From NCBI RefSeq assembly GCF_001545095.1, contig NZ_CP013213.1, forward strand, positions 1,230,001 to 1,262,000: a stretch of DNA of 32,000 nt. Direction: 5' to 3'. The notes beneath the pieces were generated by a model that did no database searches, was not told the DNA's origin, and worked only from the letters and a program-made list of their open reading frames with translations. This document shows, piece after piece, positions 18,757-28,036 of the stretch (its first letter is position 1; every line of letters starts with the position of its first letter). The DNA is from Erysipelothrix larvae. GTDB lineage: Bacteria > Bacillota_I > Bacilli_A > Erysipelotrichales > Erysipelotrichaceae. Position numbers and translations under genes: made by a program.

Positions 18757-18784
18757 ACTATACCACTTCGAAAAATAATGTCAA
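18757..18784 (-). promoter_or_regulatory. Sigma-A promoter of the riboswitch-ABC-M20 operon
   Basis: Minus strand: TTGACA (18779-18784), 16-nt spacer, TGG-TATAGT (extended -10; 18757-18762). Confidence 0.65.
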
Positions 18785-18870
18785 GTCATTTTCAAAAATT
18801 TTCAGAAAATATATGCAAAGTTTCATTTTGACAGTTATTTTGCGTTTGATAGTCTAAAAAAAAGAAAAAG

Positions 18871-20357
18871 GGTTCTTTAAAATTTGGTGTTGGTGGAGTT
18901 CAATCCATAGAATCTTAAGTTACAGTACTCACTATGATTTCTAGTGAGTACTTTTCATTTCTAATCTTACCATAGTATTACAAATTAAGAGTACTCTTGT
19001 TCTAAAATTTTCAAAGCTTCGATAACCGAAGGCAATCCGTTTAATTACTTTGATTAAATTATTGGTTCCTTCTATACGACCGTTAGAGTGAGGATACTTT
19101 ATTGCATTTGAGACTGATGTCTCATATTTTTTTAGCGTCTTAATTGCTTTTTTCATCTGGATTGAGATGTTCTTTGGAGGGTCATTCAGGATTTCTAAAA
19201 GTGAAGTCATATTTTTATTTCGGATTGCTTGAGTTAAGCGTTGATGCACCCAATATGTTTCCTCAAATGTCTTGTCAACTCTCAATAAATCATCGACGAT
19301 CATTGATTCACTCATCAAGTGTTTATAACATCGATAGTGATGGCAGTCATTACTATCAAGCTTGAGATTGTCTTTTAATATAAGCTTCCAATAGTTCTTC
19401 AGTTTTGTCTTTGAGTCTGGTGTATCATTCATGACCGATACACGTGTCGAATTGAGTGCGCGATTCAAGTGTTGAACGATATGGAAACGATCCGTAATGA
19501 TTTCAGCATTATGGAAACATGATTTGATAAGTTGAATATACGGCTCATACATATCAATAGTAATGGTTTTAACTTTATCACGGACTTCCTTTGGATATGT
19601 GTTGAAATAGCTCTTTAAATGGCCTAACTGCCTGTTTTGCACGATGTCGAGCACGTTCCCAGAGTCTGCATCCATATAAATGAATGACATTTTACCTTTT
19701 ACAGATTTGACGGATCTAAACTCATCAAATGCAAGGTGTTCAGGAAGGGACAATCGAGAGACAACAAAATCTTCATTAATGCTTTTTAGCCAATTATTGA
19801 CTGTTGTGTGAGAGATGTTTAGACTCTTTGCAATATCTTTTACAGAACGTTTGGACTTCGATTCAAGTATCGCTGCATGAAAAGTATTTGTTGATATTGA
19901 ATGATTTGGTTTTACACATGTAGTTTCAGCGATTGTACCTTTATTGCATTTCTTACAACAAAACCGAGGTTTCTTTAATCTTAGAATTGTCGAAATATTT
20001 GATGCATTTGGTAGTTTAATAGAAACAGTCTTTGTCCCATTTTTATAAATTGAGTGATTCTCATTGATACACCCACAGTGTACACAATGAGGAGGCGTGT
20101 TTACAGACAGTATTGCTTTGCATATATGAGTGGTTTTACCCTTAACTGTTTCTTGAGAAACACAATTATCTGAAAAAATGATGTTTGGGTCTTTAATATT
20201 TAAGAGCGAACGTATACAATTAGAGATGGACATAGATTTGTTCCTTTCTTGTGTGTAGTAACTTAAGTATAAGGTAAATCTATGTCTTTTTCTATTGTCT
20301 GATTAACATTAAAAAAGATGTTGATGATTTCTCACCAACACCAGAATTTCAAGAACC
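18871..20357 (-). mobile_element. Intact ISL3-family insertion sequence (1487 bp) with terminal inverted repeats and 8-bp target-site duplication
   Basis: IRL GGTTCTTTAAAATTTGGTGTTGGTG (18871->) against the reverse complement of IRR GGTTCTTGAAATTCTGGTGTTGGTG (20357<-) match at about 22 of 25 positions. The direct repeat AGAAAAAG flanks both ends (18863-18870 and 20358-20365); 8 bp is the ISL3-typical TSD length. There is a single transposase ORF. An 11-bp hairpin AGTACTCACTA/TAGTGAGTACT (18924-18952) sits at the 3' end of the ORF. Confidence 0.85.
18941..20233 (-). CDS. ISL3-family transposase (430 aa)
   Basis: N-terminal zinc-ribbon cysteines (CVHCGC ... CCKKCNK), an HTH (SVKDIAKSLNISHTTVNNW), and a DDE core with ISL3-like blocks (LAFDEF, ITIDMYEPY, IITDRFHIVQHLNRAL, NGRIEGTNNLIKVIKRIAFGYRSFENF). 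Confidence 0.85.
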   Translation of the reverse strand: MSISNCIRSLLNIKDPNIIFSDNCVSQETVKGKTTHICKAILSVNTPPHCVHCGCINENHSIYKNGTKTVSIKLPNASNISTILRLKKPRFCCKKCNKGTIAETTCVKPNHSISTNTFHAAILESKSKRSVKDIAKSLNISHTTVNNWLKSINEDFVVSRLSLPEHLAFDEFRSVKSVKGKMSFIYMDADSGNVLDIVQNRQLGHLKSYFNTYPKEVRDKVKTITIDMYEPYIQLIKSCFHNAEIITDRFHIVQHLNRALNSTRVSVMNDTPDSKTKLKNYWKLILKDNLKLDSNDCHHYRCYKHLMSESMIVDDLLRVDKTFEETYWVHQRLTQAIRNKNMTSLLEILNDPPKNISIQMKKAIKTLKKYETSVSNAIKYPHSNGRIEGTNNLIKVIKRIAFGYRSFENFRTRVLLICNTMVRLEMKSTH

Positions 20358-20385
20358 AGAAAAAGCCAATTATGCGGCTTTTTCT
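20358..20385 (-). terminator. xerC intrinsic terminator hairpin (its U-tract is interrupted by the IS)
   Basis: Minus strand: AAAAAGCC-GCATAATT-GGCTTTTT-CT, then the IS end. Removing the IS and one TSD copy restores GGCTTTTTCTTTTTTTTAG, a long U-tract. Confidence 0.55.
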
Positions 20386-20539
20386 AATTTATAAGGGGAA
20401 AGAATATCTGTATAACAACACATTCACAAGGGGATATGAATATATAGGAGAAGAGGTTATCATACAGTGTAAGAGATATCTCTTACGATTAATAGAATAC
20501 ACTACAAATGTGTAATAATTAAGCTTAGACCATGTTAAA

Positions 20540-21424
20540 TTATGTGAGGTCCACATTTTCCATCGCTTTATTGTAATAACGTTTAATCGTATCAATACTC
20601 ACATGCGTATAAATCTGAGTAGTACTAATTGACTCATGACCTAATAGTGATTGTACAATACGTAACCCTGCACCATTATCCAGCATATGTGTTGCAAAAG
20701 AATGTCTTAACATGTGTGGATGTACTGATTCTCTCAATCCAGCAATTTCTGATTGTTTTTTTAAAAGATACTGAACGCCACGGGGGGTTAATGGGTTTCC
20801 TTTGTTATTTAAAAACACAGATTGATTTGATGTGTCATCAACAAGTTGGACACGTGATTGTTTTAAATACGCATCAAAGACTTTTGCATAGGATTCATAA
20901 TAAAACAAAACCCGTTCTTTATTCCCTTTACCACGAACAATTAAAGAGTGATCGTTGGTATTGATATCGGATAGGATCAAATTACACGCTTCACTGACAC
21001 GCAATCCACACGCATACATCAATTCAAATAACGCGCGGTTTCTGAGTCCTAAGACATCTTGTTCACATGAACTAAAGAGATTCTCTAAATCATTTCGTGA
21101 AAGAAACGAAGGCAGTTTACGTCTTCCCCTTCGAATCCGTATACTATCAAAAGGATTCGTGAGCGCACCATAGTTGGCTTGAAGAAATTTCATATAAGAC
21201 CGTAGACAGGATATTTTTCGAGCAATGCTTGATGGTTCGAGTCCAAATTCATACAACGCATTTAAATAACTATACCCAATGTCATGGGGTAAGTTCATGA
21301 GATCTTCATCTTCGATATAATCAATGAATTGTAGGATATCACGTCGATAACTACTTTTGGTTTCTTCGGACTGGGTGTGGGTAATGTAGATATAATTTAA
21401 AAAAGTATTAAGTGTTTCGTTCAT
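20540..21424 (-). CDS. xerC: Tyrosine recombinase XerC/CodV-type
   Basis: N-terminal SAM-like core-binding domain ([26 protein letters not shown]) and catalytic-domain residues ([10 protein letters not shown]; [12 protein letters not shown]; [16 protein letters not shown]). Its position after topA-trmFO matches B. subtilis codV. The start is taken at MNETLNTF (ATG 21424), overlapping the trmFO 3' end by 17 nt; the ORF-track start at 21475 lies inside trmFO. Confidence 0.8.
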   Translation of the reverse strand: MNETLNTFLNYIYITHTQSEETKSSYRRDILQFIDYIEDEDLMNLPHDIGYSYLNALYEFGLEPSSIARKISCLRSYMKFLQANYGALTNPFDSIRIRRGRRKLPSFLSRNDLENLFSSCEQDVLGLRNRALFELMYACGLRVSEACNLILSDINTNDHSLIVRGKGNKERVLFYYESYAKVFDAYLKQSRVQLVDDTSNQSVFLNNKGNPLTPRGVQYLLKKQSEIAGLRESVHPHMLRHSFATHMLDNGAGLRIVQSLLGHESISTTQIYTHVSIDTIKRYYNKAMENVDLT

Positions 21425-22694
21425 TAAATGCTTGGATCCAAGCAATGCTACGATTCGCCATTTGCTCACGATCATCCAATCGGTTTTGAATCAAACCAAA
21501 ATTAGCATTCATAGGTTGGAAGCGTTTTGCATTAGCACCTGATATATAATGTGCCATAGCTCCTAGCATCGTTTCGCCAGACCAATCAATCAGTGGTCTG
21601 TTTTCTAAATATTCAATCATATTTAACGCTGCAACAAGCCCGCTTCCTGCGGATTCTACATAGCCTTCAACACCTGTCATTTGTCCTGCAAAGAATAGAT
21701 TTGGTTTTTGAATCATTTGATAATGTTGATTCAAAATTCCTGGGGACTTTAAAAACGTATTGCGATGCATCACGCCATAACGCACGATTTCCGCGTTTTC
21801 CAGTCCTGGAATGAGTTGAATCACTTTCTTTTGGTCACCCCATTTTAGGCGAGTTTGAAAGCCTACAAGATTATACAGGGTTCCTGCTTTGTCATCTTGT
21901 CTCAATTGCACAACCGCATATGGACGCGTTCCATCTGGTCTTTCAAGTCCAACTGGTTTAAGGGGTCCAAAAAGCATCGTCTTTATCCCACGTTTTGCCA
22001 TCTCTTCAACTGGCATACACCCTTCAAATACTTTGACATCTTCAAATGTGCGCATTGGCGCTTCTTCTGAAGCCATGATGGCGAAAAAGAACCGTTCAAA
22101 TTCTTCTTTTGTCATAGGACAGTTAATGTAATCAGCCCCATCCCCTTTATCGTATCGGGATTTACGATATGCAATGTCAAAGTTAACCGAGTCAACACTT
22201 ACGATTGGCGCAATTGCATCATAAAAGTACAACGATGCATCTCCAATTAATGTTTGAATTTCATTTGACAATGCATCAGAAGTTAGAGGACCTGTAGCAA
22301 TCAATGTGGGAGTGTCATCTAGCCCAGTCCATTCTTCATGATGAATTGTGACATTTGGAAATGCTCGAATACAGGCTTCTACCGCTTCACTGAATCCAAC
22401 ACGATCAACAGCTAAAGCACTTCCTGCTGGGAGTGCTGCTTTATCTGCTTCACGCATGATCAGTGAATCTAAAAGACGCATTTCTTCTTTAATGAGTCCT
22501 ACTGCATTATTTAAAGCGTCTGATCGAAATGAATTAGAGCAGACAAGCTCAGCAAAGTTTGAGGTAACATGCGCTGGTGTCATTTTAACCGGACGCATTT
22601 CATACAGTTCAACATCATAGCCACGTTTTGCAAGTTGATAGACTGCCTCACTGCCCGCAAGACCTGCGCCGACAACTCTAACTTTCTTGCTCAT
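21408..22694 (-). CDS. trmFO: Methylenetetrahydrofolate--tRNA-(uracil54-C5)-methyltransferase TrmFO (Gid)
   Basis: FAD motif [11 protein letters not shown], then [12 protein letters not shown] and the [12 protein letters not shown] block. About 428 aa. AAGGAG RBS lies 7 nt before the ATG at 22694, which is inside the topA 3' end. Confidence 0.9.
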   Translation of the reverse strand: MSKKVRVVGAGLAGSEAVYQLAKRGYDVELYEMRPVKMTPAHVTSNFAELVCSNSFRSDALNNAVGLIKEEMRLLDSLIMREADKAALPAGSALAVDRVGFSEAVEACIRAFPNVTIHHEEWTGLDDTPTLIATGPLTSDALSNEIQTLIGDASLYFYDAIAPIVSVDSVNFDIAYRKSRYDKGDGADYINCPMTKEEFERFFFAIMASEEAPMRTFEDVKVFEGCMPVEEMAKRGIKTMLFGPLKPVGLERPDGTRPYAVVQLRQDDKAGTLYNLVGFQTRLKWGDQKKVIQLIPGLENAEIVRYGVMHRNTFLKSPGILNQHYQMIQKPNLFFAGQMTGVEGYVESAGSGLVAALNMIEYLENRPLIDWSGETMLGAMAHYISGANAKRFQPMNANFGLIQNRLDDREQMANRSIAWIQAFNERNT

Positions 22695-24696
22695 CACTCG
22701 ACTCCTTCTTACTTTCTTTCTTTTCTTTTGGTTGGATATATTTACATTTTGGATATGCTGAACACCCTACAAAGAAGGTTCCAAAACGACTCTTACGTTT
22801 TACAAGTGGTGACCCACACTCAGGACACATTTCACCTGTTTCTTCGGGTTTAGGACGTTCTTTCCCTGCAAGAGGTCGAATATACTTACATTCAGGGTAG
22901 TTTGAACATGCAATAAACTTGCCATATCGACCGTTACGATATACCAGTTCGCCGCCACACTCAGGACAGAGCTCACCCACTTTTTCTGCTTCAATCTTTT
23001 CCATTTTTTCATTTGCTTCATCAAGCAATGGATAAAACTTATCAACAAATGATCTCAGAGTATGAATGTTGTTTTCATCCCCTTCCGCAATCTTGTCTAA
23101 ATCACTTTCCATGTTAGATGTATAGTTAGGATTTATAATCGATGAGAAATGATCTTGAAGCTTATCGTTGGTGAGTGACCCTTGATCTGTTGGTTTAAAT
23201 ACTTTAGTACGACTTGTTTCACTTTGCGCTTCAAAGGTAACATAAGCACGTTTCACAATTGTATCCATGATCATCGCATACGTACTTGGTCGACCAATGC
23301 CTAATTCTTCAAGTTCTTTAATTAAGCGTGCTTCAGTATAACGTGCTGGGGGTTGTGTAAAGTGTTGTTCAGGGATAATCTTATCTGCTGAGTATTGTTT
23401 TGTTTCATCCAAATCACCAATGAGTTTATCCGTTGAGTTTTCATAATCATATACTTTCAAATACCCATCAAATTTTAGAGTTTGTCCAGTACCGTTAAAA
23501 TCATAATCATTTTGTGTAAAGGTTACACTGATACTATCGTATACTGCAGATGACATTAAGGATGCCAAGGTGCGGTAGTAAATAAAACGATATAGTTTAT
23601 ATTCATCATTTGATAGATATTGTTTCACGGATTCTGGCGTATGATGAATGCTTGTTGGTCGTATTGCTTCGTGGGCATCTTGAGCATTGTCATTTTTCTT
23701 GCCAGAGCGGTATGCACCAACATACTCTTTTCCAAATGTTTCTTGAATATAGGGTTTCACAGCATCAACAAACACATGGCTTAAACGCGTTGAGTCCGTT
23801 CTCATGTATGTAATGAGACCTTGTGTTTCGCCACCCAAATCAACACCTTCATACAGTTTTTGCGCAACACGCATTGTCTTTTTAGAATTGAAATTCAATC
23901 GTGTTGATGCTTCTTGTTGCAATGTCGATGTGATAAATGGCATTTTAGGTTGTTTCTTACGATCTTTACGTATAAGTTTCGAAATATCAAAAGGTCCTGT
24001 TGTATTATCAAGGACTTTTTGAGCATCCGCTTCATTTTTCATTTCCAGTTTTTTACCCTTGTATTTATCCGCTTTTGTAACAATCTCAATGCCTTGATTC
24101 ATGAAAATACCTTCAACAGTCCAGTATTCTTCAGGAATAAATGCAAGGATTTCTTTTTCGCGATCTACAATGAGTTTCAGTGCGACCGATTGAACACGAC
24201 CTGCACTTTTTGACTTAATTTTTGATTGCAGTAATTTTGATAATTTAAACCCGATGATACGGTCTAAGATACGGCGTGTTTCTTGTGATTTCACAAGATC
24301 CATATCAATGGTCCGTGGTTGATTAAATGCATTTAAAACCGCTTCTTTTGTGATTTCGTTGAACACCACACGATTCTTGCTGTTTAAATCAAGCCCTAAC
24401 TCATCAGCAAGATGCCATGATATTGCTTCCCCTTCACGATCCGGGTCGGTTGCAAGATAGACAGCATCAACTTTTTCAGCTTTTTTCTTTAATTCCTTCA
24501 CAACATCTTTTTTATCTTTACTGATAACATAGGTTGGATCAAAGTCATTATCGACATCAACCCCTAAACCACCTTTACCACGTGTTGCGAGGTCACGAAT
24601 ATGACCTTTTGAAGATACTACCTCAAAATCTTTCCCAAGATATTTTTCAATCGTTTTCGATTTTGATGGTGACTCCACGATTACTAAACTTTTCAT
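22678..24696 (-). CDS. topA: DNA topoisomerase I
   Basis: TOPRIM start [33 protein letters not shown], active-site region [10 protein letters not shown], and two C-terminal zinc ribbons ([11 protein letters not shown]...CSNYPECKY; [11 protein letters not shown]...CSAYPKCKY). Confidence 0.95.
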   Translation of the reverse strand: MKSLVIVESPSKSKTIEKYLGKDFEVVSSKGHIRDLATRGKGGLGVDVDNDFDPTYVISKDKKDVVKELKKKAEKVDAVYLATDPDREGEAISWHLADELGLDLNSKNRVVFNEITKEAVLNAFNQPRTIDMDLVKSQETRRILDRIIGFKLSKLLQSKIKSKSAGRVQSVALKLIVDREKEILAFIPEEYWTVEGIFMNQGIEIVTKADKYKGKKLEMKNEADAQKVLDNTTGPFDISKLIRKDRKKQPKMPFITSTLQQEASTRLNFNSKKTMRVAQKLYEGVDLGGETQGLITYMRTDSTRLSHVFVDAVKPYIQETFGKEYVGAYRSGKKNDNAQDAHEAIRPTSIHHTPESVKQYLSNDEYKLYRFIYYRTLASLMSSAVYDSISVTFTQNDYDFNGTGQTLKFDGYLKVYDYENSTDKLIGDLDETKQYSADKIIPEQHFTQPPARYTEARLIKELEELGIGRPSTYAMIMDTIVKRAYVTFEAQSETSRTKVFKPTDQGSLTNDKLQDHFSSIINPNYTSNMESDLDKIAEGDENNIHTLRSFVDKFYPLLDEANEKMEKIEAEKVGELCPECGGELVYRNGRYGKFIACSNYPECKYIRPLAGKERPKPEETGEMCPECGSPLVKRKSRFGTFFVGCSAYPKCKYIQPKEKKESKKESSDEQES

Positions 24697-24721
24697 TTAA
24701 TCAACTCCTCATACTAGTTTC

Positions 24722-25441
24722 TTATAAGAAATGGGACGGTGTCAATATTTCTGCCCCTTCTTCTATTAATTGATTACACCCTTTGCCATATGGATCATCG
24801 AATTGGTATGGTAAACATATTACATTGCGATTCAACGCCAATGCTTCATTGACTGTTGTCATTGTGCCACTTCTTACATTTGCTGCCATGACATAAATAT
24901 CCGATGACAATGCAGCGATAATGCGATTTCTAAATGGAAAATGGTGTTTTTTTGGTTGGGTACCTTGCGGGTACTCACTCAATAATAATTGATGTTTTTT
25001 AATGCTTTGTATCAGTGTATGATTTTGTGGTGGGTAGACAATATCCAACCCACATCCTAATACACCAATTGTATTATGAGACATTGCCGTTTCATGGGCA
25101 ATCGTATCAATTCCTTTTGCTACACCCGATACAATAACATGATGACACTTCAAATGTCCAACTAATTTTTTTGTCATTGAAATTCCATAGTCATTGGGTA
25201 AGCGACTTCCGACAATCCCCACCATGGATTTGTCTAAAAGCGAAATATCCCCTTCATAGAATAACACAAACGGTGGTTTCTTCAACTCATAAAGACAACT
25301 TGGATACATTTTTTCACCATAGCAGATGTATCGATCATTACACGTATATTCAGGGACACACGCCTTTTCATAGAGAAGCCGTGCTAGTAAATCATAATTA
25401 CCTTTTGCATGAATTGCAACATTTTTTATATAATTTCTCAT
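24722..25441 (-). CDS. dprA: DNA-processing protein DprA (Smf), short form
   Basis: Rossmann-fold DprA motifs: VGIVGSRLPNDYG, VIVSGVAKGIDTIAHETA, VLGCGLDIVYPPQN, LLSEYPQGTQP..HHFPFRNRIIAALS, SGTMTTVNEALALNR. The start is taken at MRNYIK (GAGGTG RBS). Only about 45 aa precede the Rossmann domain, so a full N-terminal SAM-like domain appears to be absent. Confidence 0.8.
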   Translation of the reverse strand: MRNYIKNVAIHAKGNYDLLARLLYEKACVPEYTCNDRYICYGEKMYPSCLYELKKPPFVLFYEGDISLLDKSMVGIVGSRLPNDYGISMTKKLVGHLKCHHVIVSGVAKGIDTIAHETAMSHNTIGVLGCGLDIVYPPQNHTLIQSIKKHQLLLSEYPQGTQPKKHHFPFRNRIIAALSSDIYVMAANVRSGTMTTVNEALALNRNVICLPYQFDDPYGKGCNQLIEEGAEILTPSHFL

Positions 25442-25482
25442 AGAACACCTCAATATTAAGTACACATAATGAAAAAGAAATC

Positions 25483-26094
25483 CTAAATATCCAGGGATAT
25501 TTGAATTTCTTCTTTGAACTTAAAGGTTTTTCTATGGATGGGTGATCGACCATATTTTAAGATTGCTTCCTTGTGGGCTTTTGTACCATATCCTTTGTGC
25601 TTTTCAAAGCCATACATTGGATATATTGAGGCATATTCAACCATTAACTGATCTCGATAGGTTTTCGCAAGGATGCTTGCTGCTGCAATCGAAATTGATT
25701 TTTGATCCCCCTTAATAATATCAATGACGTGTTTGTTTGTACCTTCTAGAGGCATGGCATCCGTAAGCACCGTGTCACAGGGTGCAAGACATGCAATTTT
25801 ATACATTGCTTGTTGCGTCGCAATATATATATTTTGTGTATCAATTGTTTCTACATCAACGACTTCGATATGATACCATAAGCAATTTGACTTAATCAGT
25901 TCGACTAATGCTTCACGTTTCTTTTCTGTGAGTTTCTTTGAATCATTAATGCGTTCATCATCAAAACCCATTGGAAAAACAACACCACAACAAATACAAG
26001 GTCCTGCCATTGGGCCACGTCCTGCTTCATCAATACCAACAACAGTTTTTCCAATGTCCCATAATGGTTTTTCAAACTCGTGAATTAATCCCAT
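25483..26094 (-). CDS. rnhB: Ribonuclease HII
   Basis: Motifs: GIDEAGRGPMAGP, DSKKLTEKKRE, ASILAKTYRD, HKGYGT..H. 203 aa. Overlaps the rbgA 3' end by 10 nt. Confidence 0.9.
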   Translation of the reverse strand: MGLIHEFEKPLWDIGKTVVGIDEAGRGPMAGPCICCGVVFPMGFDDERINDSKKLTEKKREALVELIKSNCLWYHIEVVDVETIDTQNIYIATQQAMYKIACLAPCDTVLTDAMPLEGTNKHVIDIIKGDQKSISIAAASILAKTYRDQLMVEYASIYPMYGFEKHKGYGTKAHKEAILKYGRSPIHRKTFKFKEEIQISLDI

Positions 26095-26921
26095 GTTATC
26101 ATCCCAAGTGTTCCGTTTTGAACATCTTTTAGAAACATACGACGAACAAAGACATCATCGACCTCACCACCTGAGACAAGCCATCCCATTGATTTTCCTA
26201 CAGATTCATAAAATGAGTCAAAGGTTGTAATTGAATAGCGCGTTTGTAGGCTGTTTGGATTGTGTTCAATTAAATAATCGCGTGCTGTGTCAGAAATCAC
26301 TTCAAGTGAAAATCCCGTTTCTTTAATTGAACCCACGAGTGCATTGATAATCCCCATGGATTCTGTTTCAAACTTAGGCCACAATAACCCCGGTGTGTCC
26401 ACAATTTCAAGTGCTTCTGAGACTTTAACTAATGTTAACGATTGTGTCACGCCTGGACGGTTTTCAGCACGTACTGCTTTACGTGATGCAAGCCGGTTAA
26501 TGACGGTCGATTTCCCTACATTTGGAACACCTACAATCATTGCCCGTGATGCACGTGAGCGTATGCCACGACGCTTATCACGATCGTGTTTTTCTTTCAT
26601 AATTTCTGCAGTTTTTTCAAGTACAAGACGCTTGATATTGTCTTTATGTACATCCACAAGTAAAACTACATGTCCTTCATCTTCAAGCGTCTTCATGATT
26701 TGAGACGTACGTTCTAATGAGGCAAGGTCTTTTTTTGTGAGGAGAATTAAGCGTTTCTTATTTTGAAACGTTTTCGCTAGCAAAGGATTTCGTGTAGAAA
26801 TTGGAGCACGCGCGTCTCGACATTCGATGACAAAATCAACAGCCTTTAAATTGTCTTCAATCAGGCGAATTGCTTTGGCCATGTGACCAGGAAACCATTG
26901 TGCAACACTCACTAAACTCAC
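26085..26921 (-). CDS. rbgA: Ribosome biogenesis GTPase A (YlqF/RbgA), circularly permuted GTPase
   Basis: WFPGHMAKA near the N-terminus, permuted G motifs (LTKKDL then GVPNVGKST ... DTPGLLWPK). 278 aa. The GTG start overlaps the lepB stop (GTGA). Confidence 0.9.
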   Translation of the reverse strand: MSLVSVAQWFPGHMAKAIRLIEDNLKAVDFVIECRDARAPISTRNPLLAKTFQNKKRLILLTKKDLASLERTSQIMKTLEDEGHVVLLVDVHKDNIKRLVLEKTAEIMKEKHDRDKRRGIRSRASRAMIVGVPNVGKSTVINRLASRKAVRAENRPGVTQSLTLVKVSEALEIVDTPGLLWPKFETESMGIINALVGSIKETGFSLEVISDTARDYLIEHNPNSLQTRYSITTFDSFYESVGKSMGWLVSGGEVDDVFVRRMFLKDVQNGTLGMITWD

Positions 26922-27520
26922 TTCCCTTCGTAACGAATTGCGTTAAAAGGAAAAATTACAAATACATTCTTACTTTTAATATCTGATTTTTGAAACGGAC
27001 CATAGCGTCTTGAATCTGAGGAATACGGTCTATTATCACCCATTAAAAAATATTCATGATCACCCAGCTTTATTTCAGCTAGATTTTCTGTAAATGTAAC
27101 TTTACCATACATATCAAGTTCTTCCATATCTTCAGCACTGGTTGGGTCTTGTCGATAATTTCGAACATAATCTGTGTCTAAAAATGGTTCATCGACCGGT
27201 TCTCCATTGATGTAGAGTTGGTCATCTTGGTAGCTAACAGTTTCCCCAGGCATTCCAATTACCCGTTTCACAATGTGTTTGTTTTGATCTTCCATATAGA
27301 CAATCACTAAATCAAATCGATCAATATTCCCCAGTTTCACACTGATAATATTGGATAGACCCATCTCACCATCTTTTAATGTAGGATACATTGAAGTACC
27401 TTCAACTCTCACGACACGTGTGATAAAGGTCGTGATAACAAAGAGAATTACAATGTATTTTAGGAATAATATAATAAACTCTTTGAGAGATTTTAAAAAC
27501 GCATCATCTTTTACTTCCAT
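26918..27520 (-). CDS. lepB: Signal peptidase I (S26 family)
   Basis: TM anchor followed by VEGTSMYPTL (catalytic Ser box), KRVIGMPGE (Lys box), and GDNRPYSSDSR. The start is taken at the ATG at 27520, 5 nt after GGAGG; the ORF-track TTG at 27532 is unlikely. Confidence 0.9.
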   Translation of the reverse strand: MEVKDDAFLKSLKEFIILFLKYIVILFVITTFITRVVRVEGTSMYPTLKDGEMGLSNIISVKLGNIDRFDLVIVYMEDQNKHIVKRVIGMPGETVSYQDDQLYINGEPVDEPFLDTDYVRNYRQDPTSAEDMEELDMYGKVTFTENLAEIKLGDHEYFLMGDNRPYSSDSRRYGPFQKSDIKSKNVFVIFPFNAIRYEGK

Positions 27521-27535
27521 AGGATCCTCCAATAT

Positions 27536-27562
27536 TTTAAAAAAAACCGTGCGTACACGGTT
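27536..27562 (-). terminator. Rho-independent terminator/attenuator between rplS and lepB
   Basis: Minus strand: AAAACCGTG-TACG-CACGGTTTT followed by TTTT, directly after the rplS stop. Confidence 0.7.
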
Positions 27563-27910
27563 TTATTTACGAACTTCTTTAAGACGTGCTGACTTACCAG
27601 AACGGTTACGTAAGTAGTATAACTTAGCGCGACGTACTTTACCAGTACGTAATACTTTAACGCTCTCAATAATTGGTGAATGGATTGGGAAAGTTCTTTC
27701 CACTCCGATTCCAGATGAAACTTTACGTACTGTGAAGTTTTCTGCAATTCCACTCCCTTGACGACTGATAACGACACCTTCAAACGCTTGGACACGAGAT
27801 TTGTCACCTTCTTGAATACGAACGTTGACAACAACTGTTTGTCCAGGACGAAGATCAGGAATATCAGTTCTAAGTTGAGATTTTGTTATATTTTGAACTA
27901 AATCTAACAT
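27563..27910 (-). CDS. rplS: 50S ribosomal protein L19
   Basis: [52 protein letters not shown]...[19 protein letters not shown] is canonical L19. GAGGAA RBS lies 6 nt before the ATG at 27910. Confidence 0.95.
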   Translation of the reverse strand: MLDLVQNITKSQLRTDIPDLRPGQTVVVNVRIQEGDKSRVQAFEGVVISRQGSGIAENFTVRKVSSGIGVERTFPIHSPIIESVKVLRTGKVRRAKLYYLRNRSGKSARLKEVRK

Positions 27911-27913
27911 CAC

Positions 27914-28020
27914 TATTTCCTCACTTTTCTTTTCAATAAAACCTGTTCATAAGTCATGCTTAGCGGAACAAGAGTGCACAAGTGCTAATTAAATTTATCA
28001 TAGATTTGACATTTTAGCAA
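27914..28020 (-). promoter_or_regulatory. Putative rplS promoter plus about 80-nt structured leader
   Basis: Minus strand: TTGCTA (28015-28020), 17-nt spacer ending in TG-A, then TAAATT (27992-27997). The leader contains a GCAC-UU-GUGC hairpin and a CUUGUUC...GAACAGG stem. Whether it corresponds to the known L19 leader motif cannot be decided by eye. Confidence 0.35.
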
Positions 28021-28036
28021 GCATTTTTACTAAAGA

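Noticed and set aside
20505-20545. CCATGTTAAAT next to the xerC stop resembles the XerD-side arm (TTATGTTAAAT) of dif sites, so this could be a dif site beside xerC.
   Set aside because: The opposite arm at the expected 6-bp spacing (AATAATTAAGC) shows no dyad relationship or similarity to known XerC arms. Part of the match is xerC coding/stop sequence. dif is expected at the replication terminus, not beside xerC.
20318-20595. Two 65-68-aa ORFs (20318-20515 + and 20389-20595 -) between the IS and xerC.
   Set aside because: One starts inside the IS inverted repeat and crosses the IS boundary, and the other overlaps the xerC 3' end. Neither has an RBS or a plausible composition.
27511-27834. 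107-aa minus-strand ORF overlapping rplS in another frame and running across the rplS terminator.
   Set aside because: It overlaps an unambiguous L19 gene, spans an intrinsic terminator, and has no RBS or family resemblance.
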